From an uncultured Acidobacteriota bacterium (lineage in GTDB: Bacteria; Acidobacteriota; Blastocatellia; RBC074): DNA of 64,000 nt. The stretch lies in NCBI GenBank assembly GCA_963796275.1, contig CAWCKY010000003.1, positions 1,248,001 to 1,312,000 of the forward strand. The letters are read 5' to 3'. This document shows positions 10,303 to 19,808 of this stretch, piece by piece. A program made the translations under genes and the position numbers. Within the stretch, counting starts at the first letter, position 1; each line of letters starts with the position of its first letter. The notes beneath the pieces are model-generated. The model saw only the letters and a program-made list of their open reading frames with translations. It made no database searches and was not told the DNA's origin.

Positions 10303-11247
10303 CTATTGAGATTGGGAGACGATCCGATCAATGATTGCGGCCTCTGAGGCCCAATCGCTTTCATCATCCTGATTTATGATCGGTAGAGGGGGGAGAGAGG
10401 CAGCCATGACCTGATGTGGATCATCCTGGATCATCGGTTGCTTTAGATCGAGAGATGAGGCGACTTCGGTGACGATCTCACTCGTCACCGATTTGGAGTT
10501 CATCGCAAACCCGGTCAGCAGAGCGTTGTCGCAAATATTGTTGATCAGGCGCGGTATACCTTCGGAGGCGCGATAGATCAAAGCGACCGCATCCGCCGTG
10601 AAAATGTCCAGATGGCCAGCCCCAGCGGTCTTCAACCGCGCGCGGATATAACCCGAGACCTCTTCAGGCTTGAGTGGTTTGATTTCACAACAGAGACTGA
10701 TGCGCTGTTTGAGCTGCCTGAGATTGGGACTGTTGAGCGTCTCCCGCAGCTCCGGCTGGCCGACGAGGATGATCTGCAACAGTTTTTCCGTATACGTTTC
10801 GAAGTTGAGGAGGAGCCGCACCTCCTCGAGCAGCTCATGCTTCAAGCCCTGAGCTTCATCCACGATGAGCACCGTCCGCAGTCCGCGCGAGTGCCTCATC
10901 ATCAGTAGCTTCCCGAGCTTCATCAGGATTTCTGACTTCGAAACCGAATGGCCTAATCCGAAATCGGCGGTGAGATACTGATAGAACTCAGAGACGTTGA
11001 GTCCCGGATTGAAAATATAACTGGTCAGTACGCTGCGATCCAACCGGGTGAGCATCGCCCGTAGCATAGTCGTTTTGCCGGTGCCGACCTCACCGGTTGC
11101 GACGATTAACCCTTTGCCGTGCTGGATCCCATAGTGCAAATTGGCCATCACTTCGCGATGGCTTACCGTGAAATAGAGAAACCGTGGATCAGGCGTCAGG
11201 CTAAATGGGATTTCGTTGAGACCGTAGAACTCCAGATACATAATCAA
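10303..11247 (-). CDS. ExeA/GspA-like AAA ATPase of PEP-CTERM EPS loci
   Basis: MYLEFYGL..PFSLTPDPRFLY, GEVGTGKT, IVDEAQ, LVGQPEL, GIPRLINNICD. Confidence 0.9.
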   Translation of the reverse strand: MIMYLEFYGLNEIPFSLTPDPRFLYFTVSHREVMANLHYGIQHGKGLIVATGEVGTGKTTMLRAMLTRLDRSVLTSYIFNPGLNVSEFYQYLTADFGLGHSVSKSEILMKLGKLLMMRHSRGLRTVLIVDEAQGLKHELLEEVRLLLNFETYTEKLLQIILVGQPELRETLNSPNLRQLKQRISLCCEIKPLKPEEVSGYIRARLKTAGAGHLDIFTADAVALIYRASEGIPRLINNICDNALLTGFAMNSKSVTSEIVTEVASSLDLKQPMIQDDPHQVMAASLPPLPIINQDDESDWASEAAIIDRIVSQSQ

Positions 11248-11392
11248 TTCATCAAATTAGGAGCTCCGCGTTAAACGCGGACAGTTTCTTATTTTTGGTA
11301 AGTTTTATTTCTCACATACTCACATAAATGTGTCACGAAAGCCGAAATGTTTCGGAACCGGGCTGTTCATTGCGCCAAATTTATCACTATCT

Positions 11393-12985
11393 TTAAAAGC
11401 TTCCCGTCAACAAGTTCAAGACGCGTGACGCTTTGATCGCTTGATAAAGCAAAGGAACCGACACCAGCATGAAAATGATGACGCTGATGAGCTTGATTAC
11501 ATTGAGGAAAGGCACCCAACGCCTCTCGCTCTGGGTGACGATTTTGGGGACTGTCACCAATAGTGGCAGTTTGGCGTAATGGGCGACATCGCGCGCGTCG
11601 CGGATCGTAAGGATCGCGCGGGATTCCGCGGCAATTGCGGCTATCAGCCCCGTCACCAATCCGACCATCAGGGAGAGCGGGTAGAGCAGGTTGCGTTTGG
11701 GTGAGACGGGGATTTCCGGGATAGTCGCCGGGTCAGCCATACGGAAAGTCTCACCGCTGAAATCGTCGATCACCTTTGCGCTGAATCGCGCGTTGTCGCG
11801 CATAGATAGCAAATCTTCATAGCGTTTACGGAGAGTGGTGTAATCACGTTCGATCTTAGTCGATTCGGTAGCAAGGTACGGAGTTGCACGCAGACGCCCT
11901 TGCAATTCGTTATATTGGCTATTGATCTGTTCCATCGCCGCTTCTTTGCGCTCCAAATCGCGTTTATCCGCAGCTAGTCGGATCTCGAGATTCGGGATCT
12001 GCGCGTTATTGCTGCGCGATATCCGTTTGGCCTTTCGGTCCTGATCGGACCTGTTCCTCAGATCTTCCAATTCTCTATTGATAGCCTCGATCTGCACTTT
12101 GATCTTTATGACCTCGGGGTTCTTCTCGGTGTAGACAGTCATCAATTGTCTGTGCTGCGCTTCATATTCGGCGCGCCGCGAACGGAGTTGTCCCTCGATC
12201 TGCCCGACGGCCACCGGAGTCTCCGGCTCAATGTTGTCCTGCGTTTTGAGAGCCGCCAGCAGTTGTTCATTGGTGGCAATCTGGCTGCGCAGCGCATCGA
12301 TCGAAGATTGCTGCGACTGGCGAATCATGCTCAGGCTGTTCATCTGGCCGAGCATATTCTGCTCCTGACCCGGCACGGCATCAGGATTTCTGACCAGGTA
12401 CCCGGCCCGCGCCGACTCTATCCTCTCCAGATCGCTCTTCACCTCGCTTATCCGGTTTTCCAGTTGATCGAGCGTGGTATAGACCTGCCGGCGCGTCTCG
12501 TCGGAATTCGCATCGATGAACCGCAAAGCCAGCTCAGCCGTCACATCTCGCACATTGCGCGGATCGGATCCTCGGTAAGCGATCTGGAAAGCATATACGC
12601 CTGAACTGGCGCTGAACGGAGTGATCGCTATATGCTTCGACATTTCATCGATCACCAGTTCAATCGGTTCTCCGCGATCCGCCATCTCTTTATATAAACC
12701 GAATCGATCGATGATTCTCTGCAGTTCCATACGGCTCAATACCTGTTTCTGAATGGCCTGGAGCCGCGAGTTGATATCTATATGATTTACCGGCTGAACA
12801 TAATTTGAGGAAACTTTCGGTGGATCGACAATTACCGAGGTACTAGACTCATAGACGTTGGGAATATTGCGAATAGCGTAGCAAAGCGCCAAGCTTACGA
12901 TAAGAAAAGGTACTGCTACTAGGTAACGCCGCTGCCATAGAAGCCGAAGATATTCAGCAGGCGTCCTTACCCTGAAAGTGGCCAT
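11393..12985 (-). CDS. Polysaccharide chain-length determinant (Wzz/GumC-like co-polymerase)
   Basis: N-terminal TM + PNVYES, long coiled coil, YTEKNPEV, DPATIP..PVSPKR, C-terminal TMs. Confidence 0.88.
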   Translation of the reverse strand: MATFRVRTPAEYLRLLWQRRYLVAVPFLIVSLALCYAIRNIPNVYESSTSVIVDPPKVSSNYVQPVNHIDINSRLQAIQKQVLSRMELQRIIDRFGLYKEMADRGEPIELVIDEMSKHIAITPFSASSGVYAFQIAYRGSDPRNVRDVTAELALRFIDANSDETRRQVYTTLDQLENRISEVKSDLERIESARAGYLVRNPDAVPGQEQNMLGQMNSLSMIRQSQQSSIDALRSQIATNEQLLAALKTQDNIEPETPVAVGQIEGQLRSRRAEYEAQHRQLMTVYTEKNPEVIKIKVQIEAINRELEDLRNRSDQDRKAKRISRSNNAQIPNLEIRLAADKRDLERKEAAMEQINSQYNELQGRLRATPYLATESTKIERDYTTLRKRYEDLLSMRDNARFSAKVIDDFSGETFRMADPATIPEIPVSPKRNLLYPLSLMVGLVTGLIAAIAAESRAILTIRDARDVAHYAKLPLLVTVPKIVTQSERRWVPFLNVIKLISVIIFMLVSVPLLYQAIKASRVLNLLTGSF

Positions 12986-13356
12986 CGTCTATCCTCCCAG
13001 GCCGAATCAACAATATTCTCAAGAAATGCTCACCAAACCGCACCGAACCCTCTCAGCGTTGAGTGCGTGAACTAAGCCCCTTGATAATCTGCGTCCGTGA
13101 GGAGACCGGAAAGGCAGATGATCAATAAATCCCCTGAGAATACCAACCGAACCTAAATGGCAATCCTCTAAAATTAAAAGGCTACATGTTTCGAAGGCTT
13201 CTGAGCCCTGGAGGATTTCATAACCAGGAGGATATCGACCACCTTCAAAGAAATTAAATTATAGACCAGAACCTGTTCTTTCGTCGAGCAAATTATTAAC
13301 AATAAAAGATGATGCAAATTTGTGCTAATTGACGATAGGATAGGGGACAGGCCAGG

Positions 13357-13911
13357 ATGGATTTAATGAAGCGAAGAAGCAAAAAAGAGATGGTATTAGA
13401 GATTTACGATCGTGAGGCGATGGGGGAGGTCACTGCGCGGGAGATTGCGATCATCAACCGTGGACTGGTGGAAGAGTTTGGGGAAGGAGGGGCGATGGCA
13501 CCGGCTGAGATTGCGCGGCTGCTAGTCGATGAAGACCTGCCCGTCCGTTTCGAACAGGTGTTCAGAATGGCGAGTCCGACCGAGAAATATGAGACTCTCT
13601 TTGAAGGTTTGGCCATAAATAAATCGCTCGCGGATGCCGAAGAGTCGTTACGCCGGATCGATGAACTGTATCGCAAGTTTCAACGGGTGGGAGATCGCAC
13701 CGGAATGCGCTTTGCGCGCCATACCGCGGAACGAGCGAAGCGGAATGCAGTCTCGCGGTCATCCGGAATCTCCGGTTTGAGAGGGGCCGAACAGACTGAA
13801 ATCGCCCAATGGTTCACCATCTGGTTGCAGACGCCGGATCTGTTCGCACAGTGGCTGGAGTTGAGGAAGGCTTCGCCTGGTTTTAAGGTATTAGTCGCCG
13901 ATAAGCAGTAA
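13357..13911 (+). CDS. Conserved hypothetical helical protein
   Basis: 184-aa ORF with coding-like composition; C-terminal EIAQWFTIWLQTPDLFAQWLELRK. Confidence 0.75.
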   Translation: MDLMKRRSKKEMVLEIYDREAMGEVTAREIAIINRGLVEEFGEGGAMAPAEIARLLVDEDLPVRFEQVFRMASPTEKYETLFEGLAINKSLADAEESLRRIDELYRKFQRVGDRTGMRFARHTAERAKRNAVSRSSGISGLRGAEQTEIAQWFTIWLQTPDLFAQWLELRKASPGFKVLVADKQ

Positions 13912-13913
13912 GC

Positions 13914-14008
13914 ATTTTAAATTTGTCATTTTACATTTTACATTTGCCAATGAAGAAGCTGCAGATATTCGATGACAAATTTAAAATGTAAAATGACAAA
14001 TTTAAAAT
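13914..14008. repeat. Heptamer-array inverted repeat (TTTGTCA/TTTTACA family)
   Basis: ATTTTAAATTTGTCATTTTACATTTTA ... TAAAATGTAAAATGACAAATTTAAAAT between convergent genes. Confidence 0.88.
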
Positions 14009-14046
14009 TGTAGGATCGTCGCCGCGGTTCAGGCGAACAGCCCAGC

Positions 14047-14571
14047 CTACAGTCTACTGGTTAATTTTTTTCGCTCGATCATCGCGCCATCGATCTGATT
14101 CTCGTCCAGAACAAAGATTTCCTCATATCCTTCACGATTCAGTCGGGTCAGAGCGATTGAGAGTTCCAGCGCATGAAGTCTAATGGCGTTTTCAGCGACA
14201 AACCGGTGAGGGCGTGTACGGTTGTTGGTGAGACAGGTTTCCAACGAGACATTGAAGACGATGGCGACGACCGGCATCAGATGGAGACGGGCGATTCGCA
14301 GCAAAGGGCGGCGAGCCCGATACTGCAGATTGGTTGCGTCGACTACGGTAAGCCGTTTCAAGGAAAGTCTCAGCCTTGTAATGTGGTGCAATAAGCCGAA
14401 GGCTTCGGAATTGACGTCCTGAGCGGCCTCATCATCGCAGATCAGGGCGCGGCAATTGTCGGACGAAACGATCTCGGTCGGATGAAAAAAACGCCGGGCG
14501 AACGTGGATTTCCCTGCTCCTGATGCCCCGATGAGGAGGATGAGAGATGGTTCGGGGAAGATGAGATTCAT
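14047..14571 (-). CDS. Stand-alone AAA_33 / Pnkp-type polynucleotide kinase domain
   Basis: LIGASGAGKSTF, SSDNCR, VVDATN; the ORF-track extension MTNVKCK is repeat-derived, so start MNLIFPEP at 14571. Confidence 0.85.
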   Translation of the reverse strand: MNLIFPEPSLILLIGASGAGKSTFARRFFHPTEIVSSDNCRALICDDEAAQDVNSEAFGLLHHITRLRLSLKRLTVVDATNLQYRARRPLLRIARLHLMPVVAIVFNVSLETCLTNNRTRPHRFVAENAIRLHALELSIALTRLNREGYEEIFVLDENQIDGAMIERKKLTSRL

Positions 14572-14823
14572 AATTTCATTTGTCATTTTACATTTTACAT
14601 TTGTCATTGGAAGAACTCGGACAATCGAGTTTTACATCGATGAAAAATGACAGATGAAAAATGGCAAATGACAAATGCTTTGGTTCGGGAGGATGAGATT
14701 CATAGTTTCATTTGTCATTTTAGATTTACATTTGTCATTGGAAGAACTCGGACAATCGAGTTTTACTTCAATGAAAATGACAAATAAAAAATGTAAAATG
14801 AAAAATTTAAAATGACAAATGCT
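14548..14823. repeat. Tandem duplication (period ~133 bp) of the kinase 5' end plus heptamer hairpin
   Basis: Copies start at 14548 and 14681 and share loop GGAAGAACTCGGACAATCGAGTTTTAC; both end GACAAATGCT. Confidence 0.9.
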
Positions 14824-16674
14824 CTATCTCTTGTGAGCCTGTATCTGCTGTTCTTGCAGAGTTTGCTGGGGCTGTATCGGGAGGTGCTTCGTAGCTGTTT
14901 GAACAGGGACGCCATTCACCTCTGCGATCGTCATCTGCTTCTCCGTATCGCTGGCCGGCTCGGTCGAGGGATTGAATCCGGGATAGCTGATGCGCTGATG
15001 GTAAATATTGATCAGAGTGTTGACCAGGCTCTCCCGAATCGTCGTCAATTCCTTCATCGTAATGCTGCTCTCATCGAGTTGGCCGTCAGCCGCCACGCTA
15101 TCGACGATTTTTTTGATAATGGCCCGAATATTTTCGTGCGTGGGTTCGTCGAGCGAGCGGACGGAGGCTTCGGCTCCATCTGCCAGCATCAGGATCACGG
15201 CTTCCTTCGTTTGTGGTTTCGGCCCCGGATAACGAAAATCATCAATATTTACAGTACTCCCGCCTGCTTCCGCCTGCGATTTGGCTTTGTGGTAAAAGTA
15301 AGCCAGGACGCGTGTTCCGTGATGCTGCGGGATGAAATCAATAATCTGTGGAGGCAGATCGGCATCTTCGGCCAGCTTTATCCCCCGGCGCACGTGGCCG
15401 GTGATGATGCGTACGCTGTCGAGCGGAGAGACCTTGTCGTGCGGATTCGGGCCGCCTTTCTGATTCTCGATATACATATTCGGCGCAGCCATCTTGCCGA
15501 TGTCATGATACAGACAGCCGGTGCGCGCCAGCAGGGCGTTGGCACCTATCGCCTTGGCGGCTTCCTCCGCCAGCATCCCGACCATCAGGGAATGGTGGTT
15601 TGTGCCCGGCGTCTCGATCGCGAGCTGGCGGAGCAACGGGTTATCGGCATTCGAGAGCTCCAGCAGTCTCAGATCGGTCAGAATATCGAAGAGCCATTCA
15701 AAGATCGGAATAGTAATGCTCGCCGTCGCCGCCGTCAGCATCGCACCGAACAGGCACATCACCACGCCTCCAGCGATCCGCTTGCCGTCCCACTCGTGAT
15801 TGGCGATCAGCAGAGCCGCCAGACCCATCCCGATGTTGACCGCGCAGACTGAAGCGCTGGCCAGGATAACCGCGTTACGCGTCCGGTAGCGCTGCACGCT
15901 GTAGATGGCCGTAACCGATCCAGCCAGAGCGAACGCAGAAATCGCGAGTCCGTGCGGAGACATAATCCCGACCAGGATAGCGCTCATCAATCCGGCGACC
16001 AGAGCCACCTGGCTCCCGATCAACAGCGAAAGGACGAGGGCACAGACTGCGAATGGGATCGCGAACTGTAACTCGAAGATATTGGCGAAACCGATTGTCT
16101 CCGGCCTGGTGCTGAGCACTGCCGCGCCGAACATTCCCACGCGAACCAGTAGCGTCTGGAACATCAGCGACAAAGTCGCCACCCAGAAGGCGGTGCGCGG
16201 GCTGAGACGCGAGGACTGGCTCGTGAGCGCTGCTTTGTATAGCGCAAAGTTCATCAAGATGATCAGGACGAGCAGTCCTAACAGGTGCTTGGGATCCCGC
16301 TGATCGAGTTGATAGCGGCGCACCGCCTCGATCAGCGGCAGCTTCTCTGCCGTTACCACCTCGCCCGCTCTTAACACGACGGGATTTCGCTTGAACATGG
16401 ATGCCGATTCGGCCGGATGCGCCTCGTCCCTTGCCATCAAATCAGCCGGAACTAGCAGATCTGATTGGGCGATCTCCCCGACGTTATATTGCGGCAGTAC
16501 TGTCAGCGGAAAATGCGAGACCAGTAATGTCGTTACGAGACAGAAGGCGAGTGTCACGAGGACAAAACGGAATTTCTGTGGGATCCGATGAAATTGGGTG
16601 ATAATTTGCTCTCCCGCAGATTGCGGCAATCGCCTTAGCCGCGTCACCCACCAACGTTTTTTCAGTCTACTCAT
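14824..16674 (-). CDS. 7TM-HD family phosphohydrolase (PgpH/YqfF-like)
   Basis: Multi-TM region, PGTNHHS, YHDIGK, HHGT, FRYPGPKP, MLADGAEA. Confidence 0.9.
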   Translation of the reverse strand: MSRLKKRWWVTRLRRLPQSAGEQIITQFHRIPQKFRFVLVTLAFCLVTTLLVSHFPLTVLPQYNVGEIAQSDLLVPADLMARDEAHPAESASMFKRNPVVLRAGEVVTAEKLPLIEAVRRYQLDQRDPKHLLGLLVLIILMNFALYKAALTSQSSRLSPRTAFWVATLSLMFQTLLVRVGMFGAAVLSTRPETIGFANIFELQFAIPFAVCALVLSLLIGSQVALVAGLMSAILVGIMSPHGLAISAFALAGSVTAIYSVQRYRTRNAVILASASVCAVNIGMGLAALLIANHEWDGKRIAGGVVMCLFGAMLTAATASITIPIFEWLFDILTDLRLLELSNADNPLLRQLAIETPGTNHHSLMVGMLAEEAAKAIGANALLARTGCLYHDIGKMAAPNMYIENQKGGPNPHDKVSPLDSVRIITGHVRRGIKLAEDADLPPQIIDFIPQHHGTRVLAYFYHKAKSQAEAGGSTVNIDDFRYPGPKPQTKEAVILMLADGAEASVRSLDEPTHENIRAIIKKIVDSVAADGQLDESSITMKELTTIRESLVNTLINIYHQRISYPGFNPSTEPASDTEKQMTIAEVNGVPVQTATKHLPIQPQQTLQEQQIQAHKR

Positions 16675-16738
16675 GTTGATAAAAGTGCTTCCTGCTTACA
16701 GGGGGTAGCAGGGTGGCACGGTGCGGTAACCTATTATA

Positions 16739-16830
16739 CATTTTCCATTTGACATTTTCCATTTGCTGCAAATCATTTTTAATGATCCGGTCGAGACACT
16801 CGGAAAATGGCAAATGGCGAAGAGAAAATG
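16739..16830. repeat. Heptamer-array inverted repeat (TTTTCCA/TTTGACA variant)
   Basis: CATTTTCCATTTGACATTTTCCATTTG ... GAAAATGGCAAATGGCGAAGAGAAAATG between divergent genes. Confidence 0.7.
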
Positions 16831-16843
16831 CTAGTATCAGCGC

Positions 16844-17794
16844 ATGGCTACCGCGATCCTTTACTCAAAAGATTTTCTCAAACACGATACCGGCGAGCAT
16901 CCGGAACGGGCCGAGAGATACCGCGCGACGTTCAACGGTCTGGCCTCGGATCGAGATCTTTGGGAGCGAATCGTCAAAATCGATCCGCGCCCTGCCACCG
17001 ACCGAGACCTGCTTCGCTGCCACACTGATCGCGCAATCGCTTCCATAAGCCGGGCATGCGTGCAGGCTGCCCTCTCGGAACGGGTCGCTCTCGACGCGGA
17101 CACGGTAGTCTCCGAACATTCGGAGAGTACAGCCCGGCTGGCCGCCGGCGGCGCATGTCGCGCCGTCGATGCTCTGATGGACGGCCAGGCTGATAGCGCT
17201 TTCGTCGCGTGCCGCCCACCTGGACATCACGCGCGGGCGGGAGATGCCATGGGGTTCTGTCTTTATAACAACGTGGCAGTCGCGGCGCGTTATGCGCAGT
17301 CGACTTATCCGAACCTGGTTCAACGCGTATTGATCGTCGATTTTGACGTCCACCACGGGAATGGGACGCAGGATATCTTTTACGACGATCCCTCCGTTTT
17401 TTATTACAGCCTCCATCAATATCCGTGGTACCCGGGCACCGGCGCCGCCGACGAAATCGGGGAAGGAGAGGGCGAAGGCTATACGCTCAACATCCCCGTG
17501 CGCGCGATGACGCCCGCGGAGGATTATCTCCGGCTTTTCGAAACGGGCCTGGAATCGGTCATGAAGAGTTTTTCCCCCGATCTCGTCATGATCTCCGCGG
17601 GATTCGATGCGCATGAAGCAGACCCGCTGGGCCAGCTCAGGCTGACGGATGAAAGTTACAGGCGGATGACCGCGAGACTGAAGGAGGCTGCGCGCACGAC
17701 CGGAAACGGACGCGTGGTCTCATGCCTCGAGGGCGGATACAACCTGCGTACTCTCGGTGATACCGTCCGCGCCCACGTGGCGCATCTGGAGTGA
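16844..17794 (+). CDS. Histone deacetylase-family (class II-like) deacylase
   Basis: HPE, RPPGHHA, MGFCLYNN, DFDVHHGNGTQ, SAGFDAH, LEGGY. Confidence 0.93.
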   Translation: MATAILYSKDFLKHDTGEHPERAERYRATFNGLASDRDLWERIVKIDPRPATDRDLLRCHTDRAIASISRACVQAALSERVALDADTVVSEHSESTARLAAGGACRAVDALMDGQADSAFVACRPPGHHARAGDAMGFCLYNNVAVAARYAQSTYPNLVQRVLIVDFDVHHGNGTQDIFYDDPSVFYYSLHQYPWYPGTGAADEIGEGEGEGYTLNIPVRAMTPAEDYLRLFETGLESVMKSFSPDLVMISAGFDAHEADPLGQLRLTDESYRRMTARLKEAARTTGNGRVVSCLEGGYNLRTLGDTVRAHVAHLE

Positions 17795-17997
17795 GATTAA
17801 AACAGGAAGACGGGAAAGCAGAAATGCAGGGAGATTTCCCGATTTTCGATCACTGATCCTTTTTGCTTCCATTCGTTTTCTCCTTTATTCAGACGCTACA
17901 TCAAGTTAGAATCTCTTTGTAACGACTTACCGCATAAATCCGAACTTAGCACATGGCTGAGAACAGAAATTGCTCTCGAGTCGTGAGGGGGGAATCT

Positions 17998-19212
17998 ATG
18001 AGACTAAGTGACAAGCTTTCTAGATCAACATTCGCAGTTCTACTTCTGTCGTTGTTCGGAAGCTCGGCCGCGGCACAGCATCTGATCTCGAGCAAAGCAG
18101 GATTCGTCAATAAGGTTGAAGGCAAGGTCTATCTAGTCCGTCAAGAAAGTCGGGACGATCAGACCGAAGGCGATGGTGCGAGAGCGAGCGCCTCGCTCGG
18201 GACACAGATGCGCGAAGGGGATCGTCTTACCGCCGATGCCGGCAGTTACGCCGAAATATTACTCAATCCCGGTTCGTATATTCGCATCGATGAGAAGTCC
18301 GAATTACGTGCGGTGAATACTGACCTGAGTCAGGTCAGGTTCGAGTTGATCAGCGGTTCAGCCATGGTCGAGGTCGGCGAGGTCGATAAGAAGTCGCCGA
18401 TCGAAATAATTACTCCGCACGGCTCGTTCTTTATCAAAAAGACCGGTCTTCAGCGCATCGATATTAAGGGAGAGATGACATCGGTTGCCGTTCGCCAGGG
18501 TGAGATCCATCTCGGCACGCACGATCAGGTGCTCGCCAAGAAGTCCACCAAGATCGGCCGCGGCAAGATCGCCCAACTCACGGGCGCGCCGGATCCATCT
18601 CTGGCGAAGATAGACAAGGACGGGATAGACGAATTCGATACGTGGAGCTTCAATCGTGCCGAGCTTTTGATGGCGGCCAACCAGAGGGCATTGCGCCAGT
18701 CCTCGACGAGAGATGGAGCGCTCTCTTTCGGATGGCATTTCGACCCATTCCATAGATGCTACACGTTCATCCCGCGCGGTTCGTACTGGTCGCCCTACGG
18801 GTTCGGGTTCTTCAATTCATTCAACTCCTGTTATGACTGCTACTTTCCGCCCAGAGGCTATGGCTATGGCTATGGCAGTTCGGGCGGTTCTCGGAATAAT
18901 ACTGCAACAGTCAGCGGCACAAAGGGAACCACGGCGCCGCCGCCCCGCGTTGTGTCCGGCGTTGATCGCGGTTCAATTCGCCGTGTAATCGAGCGGCCGC
19001 GGACCGAAATGGGAAACGGTGGATATAATAACGGACGTGATTTCGGAAGGGCGCCATCTAGCTCTCCGTCATCATCTCCCCGCTCCGGCGCATCTTCGGG
19101 TGGGGCAGGGGGATCGAGGGGAGCGGGCTCATCCCATCCTTCACATTCTAGAGGCGGAGCTTACGGCGGCGGCGGCGGCCGTTCAATGCCATCGAGGCCC
19201 AGGTCCAATTAA
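17998..19212 (+). CDS. FecR-domain exported protein with Gly/Ser-rich tail
   Basis: Signal peptide after GAGGGGGG RBS; EGDRL..AEILLNPGSYIRI FecR pattern; low-complexity C-terminus. Confidence 0.75.
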   Translation: MRLSDKLSRSTFAVLLLSLFGSSAAAQHLISSKAGFVNKVEGKVYLVRQESRDDQTEGDGARASASLGTQMREGDRLTADAGSYAEILLNPGSYIRIDEKSELRAVNTDLSQVRFELISGSAMVEVGEVDKKSPIEIITPHGSFFIKKTGLQRIDIKGEMTSVAVRQGEIHLGTHDQVLAKKSTKIGRGKIAQLTGAPDPSLAKIDKDGIDEFDTWSFNRAELLMAANQRALRQSSTRDGALSFGWHFDPFHRCYTFIPRGSYWSPYGFGFFNSFNSCYDCYFPPRGYGYGYGSSGGSRNNTATVSGTKGTTAPPPRVVSGVDRGSIRRVIERPRTEMGNGGYNNGRDFGRAPSSSPSSSPRSGASSGGAGGSRGAGSSHPSHSRGGAYGGGGGRSMPSRPRSN

Positions 19213-19215
19213 ATT

Positions 19216-19743
19216 TTATAACTCTGCCCAGTCATCGATCATCAATTTCTCGTTCTCTATGATCAAGAACAGAGGAACGACGATGTATTGACCGTCGTCG
19301 AATTTGTAGATGCAATCCTGGCGAACTCGTTCGGTACCCCGATCGATGCTGTCTGTCACGGCGGCTTCTGCGACTCTCATATCTTTTTTCTCTCCGAGGA
19401 TGCTTTCGCGAAGAGACTTATTTTGATCTCTCAGTCGTTGCAGCCCGGTCGTAGAGAGCATTTTCTCTGCTTCGGCCCAATTTTCTTCCGTAACAAACCG
19501 ATTGAACTTGGTGAAGATCGCGTAGGTCTGCCGCGAGTCTTGAAGATTAGCCGGATCAGGTGGCCTTTCGATAGCGGGTCGCGTTTCCACCCAACGAAAA
19601 ACGCCGAGCGTCACGGCAACGCAAACAATGGCCAGCAACCAGAGAGCGAAGGGCAGAGAATTGTTCCCGGTCTTCTTCGCATCTTCAATGTTGGTTCGTA
19701 CATCGCTGTCTTCAAATATGGATCTCATTGTCTTCCTCTTCAA
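19216..19743 (-). CDS. Hypothetical single-pass membrane protein
   Basis: One TM helix followed by a soluble domain; candidate promoter upstream. Confidence 0.65.
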   Translation of the reverse strand: MKRKTMRSIFEDSDVRTNIEDAKKTGNNSLPFALWLLAIVCVAVTLGVFRWVETRPAIERPPDPANLQDSRQTYAIFTKFNRFVTEENWAEAEKMLSTTGLQRLRDQNKSLRESILGEKKDMRVAEAAVTDSIDRGTERVRQDCIYKFDDGQYIVVPLFLIIENEKLMIDDWAEL

Positions 19744-19764
19744 TCTAAGTTATTTACGGCGACC

Positions 19765-19794
19765 AAAGTAGCCGAGAGAAGCCACCGATGTCAA
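19765..19794 (-). promoter_or_regulatory. Candidate sigma70 promoter
   Basis: TTGACA-N18-TACTTT on the minus strand upstream of 19743. Confidence 0.45.
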
Positions 19795-19808
19795 ACTACA
19801 GCAATAGC

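Noticed and set aside
14812-15852. Long antisense ORFs (346 aa here; also 32957-34129, 50717-52045, 60646-61551, 26625-27521, 42050-42973)
   Set aside because: They are shadows of well-identified genes on the opposite strand, expected at this GC content, and show no recognisable motifs
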